DNA of 64,000 bases from Anaeramoeba ignava BMAN (lineage: Eukaryota > Protista > Anaeramoebae), in NCBI GenBank assembly GCA_028826165.1, contig JAPDFW010000076.1, positions 248,001 to 312,000 on the forward strand. The letters run 5' to 3'. Shown in pieces: positions 1 to 11,318 of this stretch. The notes below the pieces were generated by a model. That model ran no database searches. It worked only from the letters and a program-made list of their open reading frames with translations, and was not told the DNA's origin. A program made the position numbers and the translations under genes. Each line of letters begins with the position of its first letter. Position 1 is the stretch's first letter.

Positions 1-1008
1 ATAAGTGACACCACCTGTTACTGAATTTGAAATCCAAGTGTGTCCAAATAAAACTCTTCCATAATAAAAAACACCAGAATTGACAAGATATTTTTCAGTC
101 ATGATAATGTTATTAAAAGTAAGTTGAATGATCCCAAAATTCCCACAAATATTAAACAACGAGTTCTTGTCGCTTCTTTGCGTGAGTTTTTTTGTGTTTC
201 CATGATTCTCAATCATCGTAACGCCTTTTATTAACAACGAAGCAAAATCACTAACTCCACATCTTAGTGGTTCGCGATAGGTATCAGAAGGGTGCTTGAA
301 TTCCACGCATTTCGTCATCAAAATCTTTGGTGTGAAACCTTCTTTCTTGGCCGCGTCGTATCCTGCTCCGATGATTTCCAATCTGTGATGGGGAGGAACA
401 ATGACAGGTGTGTTCCATTCATATTCCCCTTTTTCGGCTAATTGAATTCTTACTAAAGTCCATTTTGTAAATGCGTCGGAGATGAAATCTCCAAGATCAG
501 CCTCAAGCTTCTCTTCCAAATTGAAGACCTGGAACTCCTTCAAATTCTTGACCAGTTCAGTTGTTTCTTGGACTTTTTCTTCCAAATTCTTGATTCGGAA
601 CAACAATTCATCCAAATTCGGAATTTGTATTGCTTGATTTGGTAAGTTTTGGTTTGTGATCTCTTGATTTGATATGTTTTCCTTGAAATTTTGGATTTCC
701 AATATTTTTTGTGATTTGAAAACTAAATCTTCTGAAAAACCTTGAATTGATAAGATGATCTCTTTTTCTGTGTATCCTTTTACTTTGAATTCGTTTTTTT
801 TCATTGGAGAAACGATCCAAGAACCAACTTCTAATTCATTTGGAAATACTTTTCTTAATGTGTATTCTATTGATGTTCCTCGATCAAATAAAGTGAATAA
901 AACTATGTGTTCTTTTTCTGTGCGATTCTCTGTTTTAACTTCACATCCAAATACAGATTCATTGATGTTCATTGAGAAAAAATCAACAAGAAAACTTAAA
1001 TAAGTCAT
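1..1008 (-). CDS. Uncharacterised protein, 3'-truncated by window edge (>=336 aa; central coiled coil, possible beta-rich C-terminal part)
   Basis: ATG at 1008 (CAT 1006-1008), then an open frame MTYLSFLVDFFSMNINESVFG...LDELLFRIKNLEEKVQETTELVKNLKE...VIVPPHHRLEIIGAGY...SVTGGVTY running to position 1 with no stop. GC is higher than the flanks. Absent from the ORF track because it lacks a stop. Confidence 0.8.
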   Translation of the reverse strand, partial: MTYLSFLVDFFSMNINESVFGCEVKTENRTEKEHIVLFTLFDRGTSIEYTLRKVFPNELEVGSWIVSPMKKNEFKVKGYTEKEIILSIQGFSEDLVFKSQKILEIQNFKENISNQEITNQNLPNQAIQIPNLDELLFRIKNLEEKVQETTELVKNLKEFQVFNLEEKLEADLGDFISDAFTKWTLVRIQLAEKGEYEWNTPVIVPPHHRLEIIGAGYDAAKKEGFTPKILMTKCVEFKHPSDTYREPLRCGVSDFASLLIKGVTMIENHGNTKKLTQRSDKNSLFNICGNFGIIQLTFNNIIMTEKYLVNSGVFYYGRVLFGHTWISNSVTGGVTY

Positions 1009-1139
1009 TTTAATTAACTTTTTTTTTTGCCTGCTTTTTAAAATTAAAACAAAAAAAAAATGAGAAAAATTAAAAAAAAAATTTTTTTTCTTTTTTTTCT
1101 TTCTTTTACACGTGTTCTTTAAATTCTTAATTACATTTA

Positions 1140-3215
1140 AAGAAATAAAAAAAATAAGAATAACTTTAATTTAATTTATAAATCATTTTAAAAATATAAT
1201 TTCTAAATTAATTTTATTATTAAAATAATAATTTAATGTTTTAGATTTAAATATTTTCTTATTTAAATATTTAACATATAAATATAAAAAATAAGAATAA
1301 CTTTAATTTAATATCTAATTTATAAATTAATTTAAAAATATAATTTCTAATTTAATTTTATTATTAAAATAATAATTTATTGTTTTAGATTTAAATATTT
1401 TATTATTTAAATATTTAACAAATAAATAAAAAAAATAAGAATAACTTTTAATTTAATTTATAAAATTATTTTAAAATATAATTTCATATTTAATTTTGTT
1501 ATTAAAATAATAATTTAATGTTTTAGATTTAAATATTTTATTGTTTAAATATTTAACATAAAAAATATAAAAATGAAAATAGATTTAATTTAATATTTAA
1601 TTTATAAATCAATTTAAAAATATAATTTAATATTTAATTTTATTATTAAAATAATAATTTAATGTTTTAAATTTAAATATTTTATTGTTTAAATATTTAA
1701 CAAAGAAATATAAAAATAAGAATAGATTTAATTTAATATTTAATTTATAAATCATTTTAAAAATATAATTTCTAATTTAATTTTATTATTAAAATAATAA
1801 TTTAATGTTTTAGATTTAAATATTTTATTATTTAAATACTTAACAAATAAATATAGAATGAAAATAGATTTAATTTAGTATTTAATTTATAAAATAATTT
1901 AAAAATTAATTTCTAATTTAATGTTTTAGATTTAAATATTTTCTTATTTCAATATTTAACATATAAATATTAAAATAATAATTTAATTTAATTTTAAAGA
2001 TTTAAATTTATTTTTTATTAAAATTAATTTATTGTTTTAGATTTAAATATTTAACATATAAATATAAAAATAAGAATAGATTTAATTTAATATTTAATTT
2101 ATAAATCAATTTAAAAATATAATTTCTAAATTAATTTTATTATTAAAATAATAATTTAATGTTTTAGATTTAAATATTTTATTATTTAAATATTTAACAT
2201 ATAAATATAAAAATAAGAATAGATTTAATTTAATATTTAATTTATAAATCAATTTAAAAATATAATTTCTAAATTAATTTTATTATTAAAATAATAATTT
2301 AATGTTTTAAATTTAAATATTTTATTATTTAAATATTTAATATATAAATATAAAAAATAAGAATAGATTTAATTTAATATTTAATTTATAAATTAATTTA
2401 AAAATATAATTTCTAATTTATTTTTATTATTAAAATAATAATTTAATGTTTTAGATTTAAATATTTTATTATTTAAATATTTAATATATAAATATAAAAA
2501 TAAGAATAGATTTAACTTAATATTTAATTTATAAATTAATTTAAAAATATAATTTATTTAATTTTATTATTAAAATAATACTTTAATGTTTTAAATTTAA
2601 ATATTTTATTATTTAAATATTTAATATATAAATATAAAAAAATAAGAATAGATTTAATTTAATATTTAATTAATAATTTAATTTAAAAATATAATTTAAT
2701 ATTTAATTTTATTATTAAAATAATAATTTAATGTTTTAGATTTAAATATTTTCTTATTTAAATATTTAACATATAAATATAAAAATAAGAATAACTTTAA
2801 CTTAATATTTAATTTATAAATCAATTTAAAAATATAATTTCTAAATTAATTTTATTATTAAAATAATAATTTAATGTTTTAAATTTAAATATTTTCTTGT
2901 TTAAATATTTAATATATAAATATAAAAATAAGAATAACTTTAACTTTAATTTAATTTATAAATCAATTTAAAAATATAATTTCTAAATTAATTTTATTAT
3001 TAAAATAATAATTTAATGTTTTAGATTTAAATATTTTCTTGTTTAAATATCTAACATATAAATATAAAAAATAAGAATAACTTTAACTTAATATTTAATT
3101 TATAAATCAATTTAAAAATATAATTTCTAATTTAATTTTATTATTAAAATAATAATTTAATGTTTTAGATTTAAATATTTTATTATTTCAATATTTAACA
3201 TAAAAATATAAAGAA
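1140..3215 (+). repeat. ~143-bp AT-rich tandem satellite (~14 units) at the 5' end of cassette copy 1
   Basis: Anchor TAAGAAT recurs at 2071, 2214, 2358 and 2501 (spacing 143-144). The unit contains TTTAATGTTTTAGATTTAAATATTT. Confidence 0.9.
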
Positions 3216-3516
3216 TGAATATTTAAAAATTGTAATTAGAGCAATGAAAAATTTATACAAATTTTGAATAACAAAAGCAAGCCAACGATTGTTAAATATT
3301 ATTAAAATTAAATTTTTATCTTTATTAAAATATTTCAAATATTCTTTCTAATTTTATTACATTATTGGGAATTATTTTATATGATTTTAAATAAAGAAAG
3401 ATTGATAAAATATATAAATTAGAATTAATTCCAAAATTAAATATTAAATTAAAATAATTTCATTTTTTTTATTTTTTTATTTTTCATTTTTTTCCTTTTT
3501 TTTTAAATAAAAAAAA

Positions 3517-3785
3517 ACAATTTAAATTAAGTAAATATTTTTAAAAATTAATAATAAAAATAATAAATTAAACATAAATTATTTATTAAAAACATTTAAA
3601 TAATCAAAATATTTATAAATTATTAATTAAAATATAATTTATTTAAATAAAAAAACACAATTTAAATTAAGTAAATATTTTTAAAAAAAATTAATAATAA
3701 AAATATCAAATTAAACATAAATTATTTATTAAAAACATTTAAATAATCAAAATAATAAATTGATTATTAATTAAAATCTTTTTAT
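3517..3785 (+). repeat. ~140-bp tandem repeat immediately upstream of the BTB ATG (2 units; ~5 units in copy 2 at ~35430-36140)
   Basis: TTTAAATTAAGTAAATATTT occurs at 3521 and 3661. Confidence 0.75.
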
Positions 3786-3805
3786 TTGAAAAAAAAAGAA
3801 AAGAA

Positions 3806-6800
3806 ATGAATTTAAATCAAAATCAAAATCAAAATCAAAATCAAAATCAAAATCAAAATCAAAATCAAAATCAAAATCAAAATCAAAATCAAAATCAAAA
3901 TCAAAGAATTCAATCCAAAATTAAAAAATTCAATAAATTCTTAATAAATCAAGCAAATAAACAAATTGGTTTAATGTTTGGAAATAAAAAAACTTCAGAT
4001 TTTCAAATTTATTGTGGAAAAGATAAAATTTCAATTCCTTGTCATAAATCAATTTTAGAAGCTCGTTCAAAATATTTTATGATAAACAGAAGAGAAAACA
4101 AATTTAATTCAATTTATTTTAATAATTTTAGTTCTGAAATTGTTAAACCAATTATTAAATTTTTTTATAATGGAAAATTTAAATTTGATAAACAAAAATT
4201 TGATGAATATTTTAAATTTGCAAATCAAATTAAATTAAAAGAAATTAAAATCAAAATTGAACTTGAAATTCAATCAATTTTTAATATTGAAAATATTTTG
4301 GAAATTTATTTTAAATCTCAACAAATTAATTCAAAAAATCTTTCTCAAAATTGTGAAAAATTTATTTTCCAAAATATTCAATTTATTATTTCAAATCCAA
4401 ATTTTGATAAATATTTAAATCAAAATCAAAATCAAATTTACAATTTTATTGGATTAATTTCTTTAAATCAAAATTTTCCAAATCAACTTCAAATTATTCA
4501 ACAAATTGAACAAAAATGGAATCAAAATAATCAAAAAAAATTGATAAAATTAATTAAATTTGAAATAGATCAAAAAGAAAATCAAATTGAAAATCAAAAT
4601 GAAAATCAAAATGAAAATTCTTTTTCAACTTTATTAAATCAAATTTTACAAACAAAATCAATTAATCAATTTCAAATTCAACAAATCAAAAATAAATCAA
4701 TTTCTCAATTTCAAAATAAAATTGTTTTATTAAATTCAAATATTCAAGAATTTGATGAAAAAGAATTTCAACCTTTACAACGGAATCAGATTCTTCTTGA
4801 TTTCCAAATAAATGATAAACAAAAAGAAAACGAAAAATTAGAAAAAATTAAAAAAGAAATTCAAGAAATTCAAAAAGAATATAAAAAATGGAAAAAAGAA
4901 ATTAAAGAAAAATTTCAAAAATTAATTCAAAATGAAAATGAAAAAATGAAAAAAGAAGATTTACAACAATTTAATATAAGAATTATTAATTTGAAAGATT
5001 TATTTGAACAAAATAGAAAACAAGATTTAGAAAATTTTCAAAAAGAAATTGAAGAAATTCAAAATAAATTCAAAGAAATAAAGAATATAAATTTGGAAGA
5101 AATTGATAAAAAATATCAAGAATTAATAAATTTTCCCAAATTAAAAATAGAAAAAGATTTAAAATTATTTGAAGAAACAATTCAACAATTTAAGAATGAA
5201 TTTGAAAAAAGAAAAGAAGAAATTGAAGAATTTAAACAACTTATTCAACAAAATAAAAATGAAAATGAAAATGAAAATTTAGAAAAAATTGATAAAATAA
5301 TTCAAGAAATAAAAAATAAAATTAAATTCCAAAAAAATAAATATTTAGAAATAATTGAAAAGAAAATCCAAGAAATTGAAATTAAAAATGAAAATTTAAA
5401 TGAAATTGAAAAAATAATTCAAGAAATTAAAAATGAAATTGAAAAAATAAAAAATGAATTTTATTCAAAAATTGATCCACAAATCAAAAATATTCAAAAT
5501 CAAAATCAAAATCAAAATCAAAAATCAAAAATTAAAATTCTTCAATCAATAGAAAAAACAACAAATTTTTTACAAGATCTTTCAAATAAAATTCAACAAA
5601 ATAATCAAAGTAAATCAAACACAAAACAAAAAATAAAATTAAATTGAATTAAATGATTTTAATCAATTTATTATATATTTAATAATATTTCATTTTTAAA
5701 TTACAAAAAAAAAACAAAAGAATTAATTGAAATTGATGTTCCTTTTATTATTGAATGTATGAATAATTTTCCAACAAATGAAATTATTCAAGAAAATGGA
5801 TGTTTTATTTTACAAAAATTTGCAAAAGAAAATGAAAGTAAATATTTATTTTTTAATTTGGAAAATAATTTCATTTATTTTAAAACTTGATTTATTTTTT
5901 GAAATTAAATTTAAATAATATTAAAAATAATAATGAAATTGGAAATTCAAAAGGAATTGAACCTATTATTAAATCAATGAATAATTTCCCAAATAATGAA
6001 AATATTCAAAAATATGGATGTTTAGCTTTAGGGATTATTGCTTTTAATAATGGTAAATAATAAAATAAATCAATCAAAAAATAAATAAATCAAAAAATCC
6101 AAATATTATTTTCCATTTTTCTTTATTTTTTTAAATTTAAAAAATTAAAAAATTAAACACAAAAAAATCAATAGAAAATAATTTCCAAAAAAAAAACAAA
6201 AATAAATTTACAAAATAATAATTATTAATTATTAATTAAAATCCAAAAATAAATAATTAATTTTAAATTTATTTTCCAAAAATTTAATTAAAATAAAAAA
6301 AATAGAAAACCAAATTGAAATTAATAATTTAAAAGGAATTGAACCTATTATTAAATCAATGAATAATTTCCCAAATAATGAAGATATTCAAAAATATGGA
6401 TGTAGAGCTTTAGGGATTATTGCTAATAATAATGGTAAATAATAAAATAAATCAATCAAAAAAATAAATAAATCAAAAAATCCAAATATTATTTTTCTAT
6501 TTTTCTTTATTTTTTTAAATTAAAAAAATTAAACACAAAAAAATCAATAGAAAATAATTCCCAAAAAAAAAACAAAAATAAATTTACAAAATAATAATTA
6601 TTAATTATTAATTAAAATCCAAAAATAAATAATTAATTTTAAATTTATTTTCCAAAAATTAAAATAAAATAAAAAAATAGAAAACAAAATTGAAATTAAT
6701 AATTTAAAAGGAATTGAACCTATTATTAAATCAATGAATAATTTCCCAAATAATGAAAATATTCAAAAATATGGATGTAGAGCTTTAGGGAATATTGCTA

Positions 6801-9800
6801 ATAATAATAATGGTAAATAATAAAATAAATCAATCAAAAAAATAAATTAAAAAATCCAAATATTATTTTCTATTTTTATTTATATATATTTTAAATTTAA
6901 AAAATTAAAAAATTAAACACAAAAAAATCAATAGAAAATAATTTCCAAAAAAAATTAAATTAAATTAAATTAAATTAATTTTAAATTTATTTTCCAAAAA
7001 TTTAATTAAAATAAAATAAAAAAATAGAAAACAAAATTGAAATTAATAATTTAAAAGGAATTGAACCTATTATTAAATCAATGAATAATTTCCCAAATAA
7101 TGAAAATATTCAATATTATGGATGTTTAGCTTTAGGGAATATTGCTAATAATAAAAGTAAATAATAAAATAAATCAATCCAAAAAAATAAATAAATCAAA
7201 AAATCCAAATATTATTTTCCATTTTTCTTTATTTTTAAATTTAAAAATTAAAAAATTAAACACAAAAAAATCAATAGAAAATAATTTCCAAAACCAAATT
7301 TAATAAATAATAAATATTAATTATTAAATATTAATTAAAATCCAAAATAAAAAAATAAATAATTTTAAATTAAATTAATTTTAAATTTATTTTCCAAAAA
7401 TTTAATTAAAATAAAATAAAAAAATAGAAAACCGAATTGAAATTAATAATTTAAAAGGAATTAAACCTATTATTAAATCAATGAATAATTTCCCAAATAA
7501 TGAAAATATTCAAAAATATGGATGTTTCGCTTTAGGGAATATTGCTAATAATAATGGTAAATAATAAAATAAATCAATCCAAAAAATAAATAAATCAAAA
7601 AATCCAAATATTATTTTCTATTTTTCTTTATTTTTTTAAATTTAAAAAATTAAAAAATTAAACATAAAAAAAAATCAATAGAAAATAATTTCCAAAAAAA
7701 ATTAAATCAAACAAAATAATAATTATTAATTATTAATTATTAATTAAATTAAATTAAATTAATTTTAAATTTATTTTCCAAAAATTTAATTAAAATAAAA
7801 AAATAGAAAACAAAATTAAAATTAATAATTTAAAAGGAATTGAACCTATTATTAAATCAATGAATAATTTCCCAAATAATCAAAATATTCAATATTATGG
7901 ATGTTTCGCTTTAGGGAGTATTGCTGCTTATAATAATGGTAAATAATAAAATAAATCAATCCAAAAATAAATAAATCAAAAAATCCAAATATTATTTTCT
8001 ATTTTTCTTTATATTTTTTAAATTTAAAAAATTAAAAAATTAAACATAAAAAAATCAATAGAAAATAATTTCCAAAAAAAATTAAATCAAACAAAATAAT
8101 AATTATTAATTATTAATTATTAATTAAATTAAATTAAATTAATTTTAAATTTATTTTCCAAAAATTTAATTAAAATAAAAAAATAGAAAACAAAATTAAA
8201 ATTAATAATTTAAAAGGAATTGAACCTATTATTAAATCAATGAATAATTTCCCAAATAATCAAAATATTCAATATTATGGATGTTTCGCTTTAGGGAGTA
8301 TTGCTGCTTATAATAATGGTAAATAATAAAATAAATCAATCCAAAAAATAAATAAATCAAAAAATCCAAATATTATTTTCTATTTTTCTTTATATTTTTA
8401 AATTTAAAAAATTAAAAAATTAAACATAAAAAAATCAATAGAAAATAATTTCCAAAAAAAATTAAATCAAACAAAATATTAATTATTAATTATTAATTAT
8501 TAATTAAAATCCAAAAAAATTGAATTAAAATAAATTATTTAATTTTAAATTTATTTTCCAAAAATTTAATTAAAATAAAAAAATAGAAAACCGAATTGAA
8601 ATTAATAATTTAAAAGGAATTGAACCTATTATTAAATCAATGAATAATTTCCCAAATAATCAAAATATTCAAAATCAAGGATGTAGAGCTTTAGGGAATA
8701 TTGCTAATAATAAGGTAAATTAAAAAAAATAAAAAATCAAAAATCCAAATATTATTTTCTATTTTTCTTTATTTTTTTTAAATTTAAAAAATTAAAAAAT
8801 TAAACACAAAAAAATCAATAGAAAATAATTTCCAAAAAATATAAATTTAATAAATTTACAAAATAATAAATATTAATTATTAATAATTAAAATCCAAAAA
8901 AAATGAATCAAATTAAATAATTAATTTTAAATTAATTTTCCAAAAATTTAATTAAAATAAAATAAAAAAATAGAAAACCGAATTGAAATTAATAATTTAA
9001 AAGGAATTGAACCTATTATTAAATCAATGAATAATTTCCCAAATAATCAAAATATTCAAGAAAATGGATGTTTAGCTTTAGGGAATATTGCTTATAATAA
9101 TGGTAAATAATAAAATAAATCAATCAAAAAAAATAAATCAAAAAAATCAAAAATCCAAATATTATTTTCCATTTTTCTTTATTTTTTTTAAATTTAAAAA
9201 ATTAAAAAATTAAACAATTAAACACAAAAAAATCAATAGAAAATAATTTCCAAAAAATATAAATTTAATAAATTTACAAAATAATAAATATTAATTATTA
9301 ATAATTAAAATCCAAAAAAAATGAATCAAATTAAATAATTAATTTTAAATTTATTTTCCAAAAAATTAATTAAAATAAAAAAATAGAAAACCGAATTGAA
9401 ATTAATAATTTAAAAGGAATTGAACCTATTATTAAATCAATGAATAATTTCCCAAATAATCAAAATATTCAAAAAAATGGATGTTTCGCTTTAGGGAATA
9501 TTGCTTATAATAATGGTAAATAATAAAATAAATCAATCAAAAAAAAATAAATAAATCAAAAAATCCAAATATTATTTTCTATTTTTCTTTATTTTTTTTA
9601 AATTTAAAAAATTAAAAAATTAAACAATTAAACACAAAAAAATCAATAGAAAATAATTTCCAAAAAATATAAATTTAATAAATTTACAAAATAATAAATA
9701 TTAATTATTAATAATTAAAATCCAAAAAAAATGAATCAAATTAAATAATTAATTTTAAATTAATTTTCCAAAAATTTAATTAAAATAAAAAATAGAAAAC

Positions 9801-10133
9801 CTAATTGAAATTAATAATTTAAAAGGAATTGAACCTATTATTAAATCAATGTATAATTTCCCAAATAATCAAAATATTCAAGAAAATGGATGTGAAGCTT
9901 TAAGGAATATTGCTTTTAATAATAAAGGTAAATAATAAAATAAATCAATCAAAAAATAAATGGAAAAATGGATATTTATTAAATTAAATTAAATTAAATT
10001 AAAATCAAAAATAGAAAATAGAAGAGAAATAAAAAGATTGAAAGGAATCCAACTTATAAAAATAGCAATTAAAAAATTCCCAAATAATCAAGATATTCAA
10101 TATTATGGAAAATTGGCTTTAAAAAATTTATAA
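3806..10133 (+). CDS. BTB/BACK - coiled coil - Armadillo-repeat array protein, copy 1 (spliced)
   Basis: Exon 1 3806-5609 ((NQ)n; BTB motif SDFQIYCGKDKISIPCHKSILEARSKYF; BACK-like helices; long E/K/Q coiled coil). N-cap exon 5721-5837. ARM exons 5954-6052, 6306-6434, 6681-6812, 7028-7156, 7428-7556, 7807-7938, 8187-8318, 8587-8714, 8974-9102, 9387-9515, 9796-9927. Terminal exon 10015-10133 (ENRREIKRLKGIQLIKIAIKKFPNNQDIQYYGKLALKNL*). All introns are GTAAAT...AG and phase 1 except after 8714 (that exon is 128 nt). Confidence 0.88.
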
Positions 10134-10254
10134 CAAAATTGAATAACTTCTAATTTTTCATTTCTTTTTTTCTTTTTTTAAAATCAATTTCAATAAAACA
10201 AAACAAAATCAAATTATTTTCAATTTTGATTTTAATTTTCAAATAAATTCCCAA

Positions 10255-10990
10255 ATCAATCAATAAATCAATCAATCAATTAATCAATCAATCAATCAAT
10301 CAATTAATCAATCAATCAAAATCACCAACCAAAAATCAATAAATCAATCAATTTAAAATAATCATTAATAAAATTTGAAATCAATAAAAAATCACCACCA
10401 ATAATCACCATTTAATAATTAATTGTAAAATCGAAATTCAAAAAAATTAAATCAATAATAAAATCAAAAATCAATACAAATAACCACCAAATCAATCATC
10501 AATTAAATCAATCAAAAAATCAATAAATCAAATTAAAAATCAATCAATTATAAAATTAATAAATCAATCACCATCAACCAATCAGTAATAAAATAATGTA
10601 CCAATAATCACCAATCAATCAATCAATAATCAATTACAATCAATTGTCCACCATCAATGTAATTGTCAATTAAAATTAATCACTAATTGTCAATTAATAA
10701 TTGGTAATAATAATCAACCACAATAAATCAATAAAATACTGTAAATGCAACCAATCAATTAAGTAAAATAATAATTAACACCAAATAAATCAATAATCCA
10801 AAATTTAAAATCAATCAATCAATTACCAATCAATCATTACCAATTACCATTGGTGGTAAATGTCAATCACCAATAATAATGATAAAAATCAATCAATAAA
10901 AATTGAAAATAAAATCAATCAATAAAAATCAATAATTTAAACCAATCAATACCACCAATAAATCAATCAAAATAACTAAATCAATAATCT
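10255..10990 (+). repeat. (ATCA)n tetranucleotide tract, degenerate
   Basis: ATCAATCAATCA runs starting right after the shared 3' UTR. Mirrored by (TGAT)n at 28100-28703. Confidence 0.8.
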
Positions 10991-11054
10991 TAAAATCAAA
11001 TCTTAATTAAAAATTTAAAAAATCAATTTTAAAAACTTAAAAAAATTAAATCAA

Positions 11055-11215
11055 TCAATCTTAAAAATCAAAATAAATCTTAAAATCAATCTTAAAATCA
11101 ATCTTAAAATCAATCTTAAAATCAATCTTAAAATCAATCTTAAAATCAATCTTAAAATCAATCTTAAAATCAATCTTAAAATCAATCTTAAAATCAAATT
11201 TAAAATCAAATTTAA
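11055..11215 (+). repeat. 12-bp tandem repeat (AATCTTAAAATC)n
   Basis: Directly visible; source of the spurious LILR ORF. Confidence 0.9.
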
Positions 11216-11318
11216 AATAATTAAAATAATTGGAATTGAAATTTTTTGAATCATTTTCTTTATTCTGCTTTTGAAAAATTAAAAAATGAAAATTATTATT
11301 GTTTTTTTTTTTTAAATC

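Larger units (their letters stand above)
1140..10990 (+). mobile_element. BTB-ARM cassette copy 1 (satellite + gene + ATCA tract), duplicated in inverted orientation at ~28000-37730
   Basis: Satellite, upstream region (e.g. GCCAACGATTGTTAAATATT ~3281 vs its reverse complement ~36355-36375), gene, 3' UTR and ATCA tract all recur as reverse complement. Mobility is inferred; no transposase is seen. Confidence 0.55.

Noticed and set aside
3806-5647. 613-aa BTB protein ending at TGA 5647 as a complete gene
   Set aside because: The last codons read into an intron (GTAAAT at 5610); phase-matched ARM exons follow in both copies.
5954-9927. CRISPR-like repeat-spacer appearance of the array
   Set aside because: Repeats are ~130-nt coding exons with GT-AG boundaries, the 'spacers' are homologous introns, there are no cas genes, and the context is eukaryotic.
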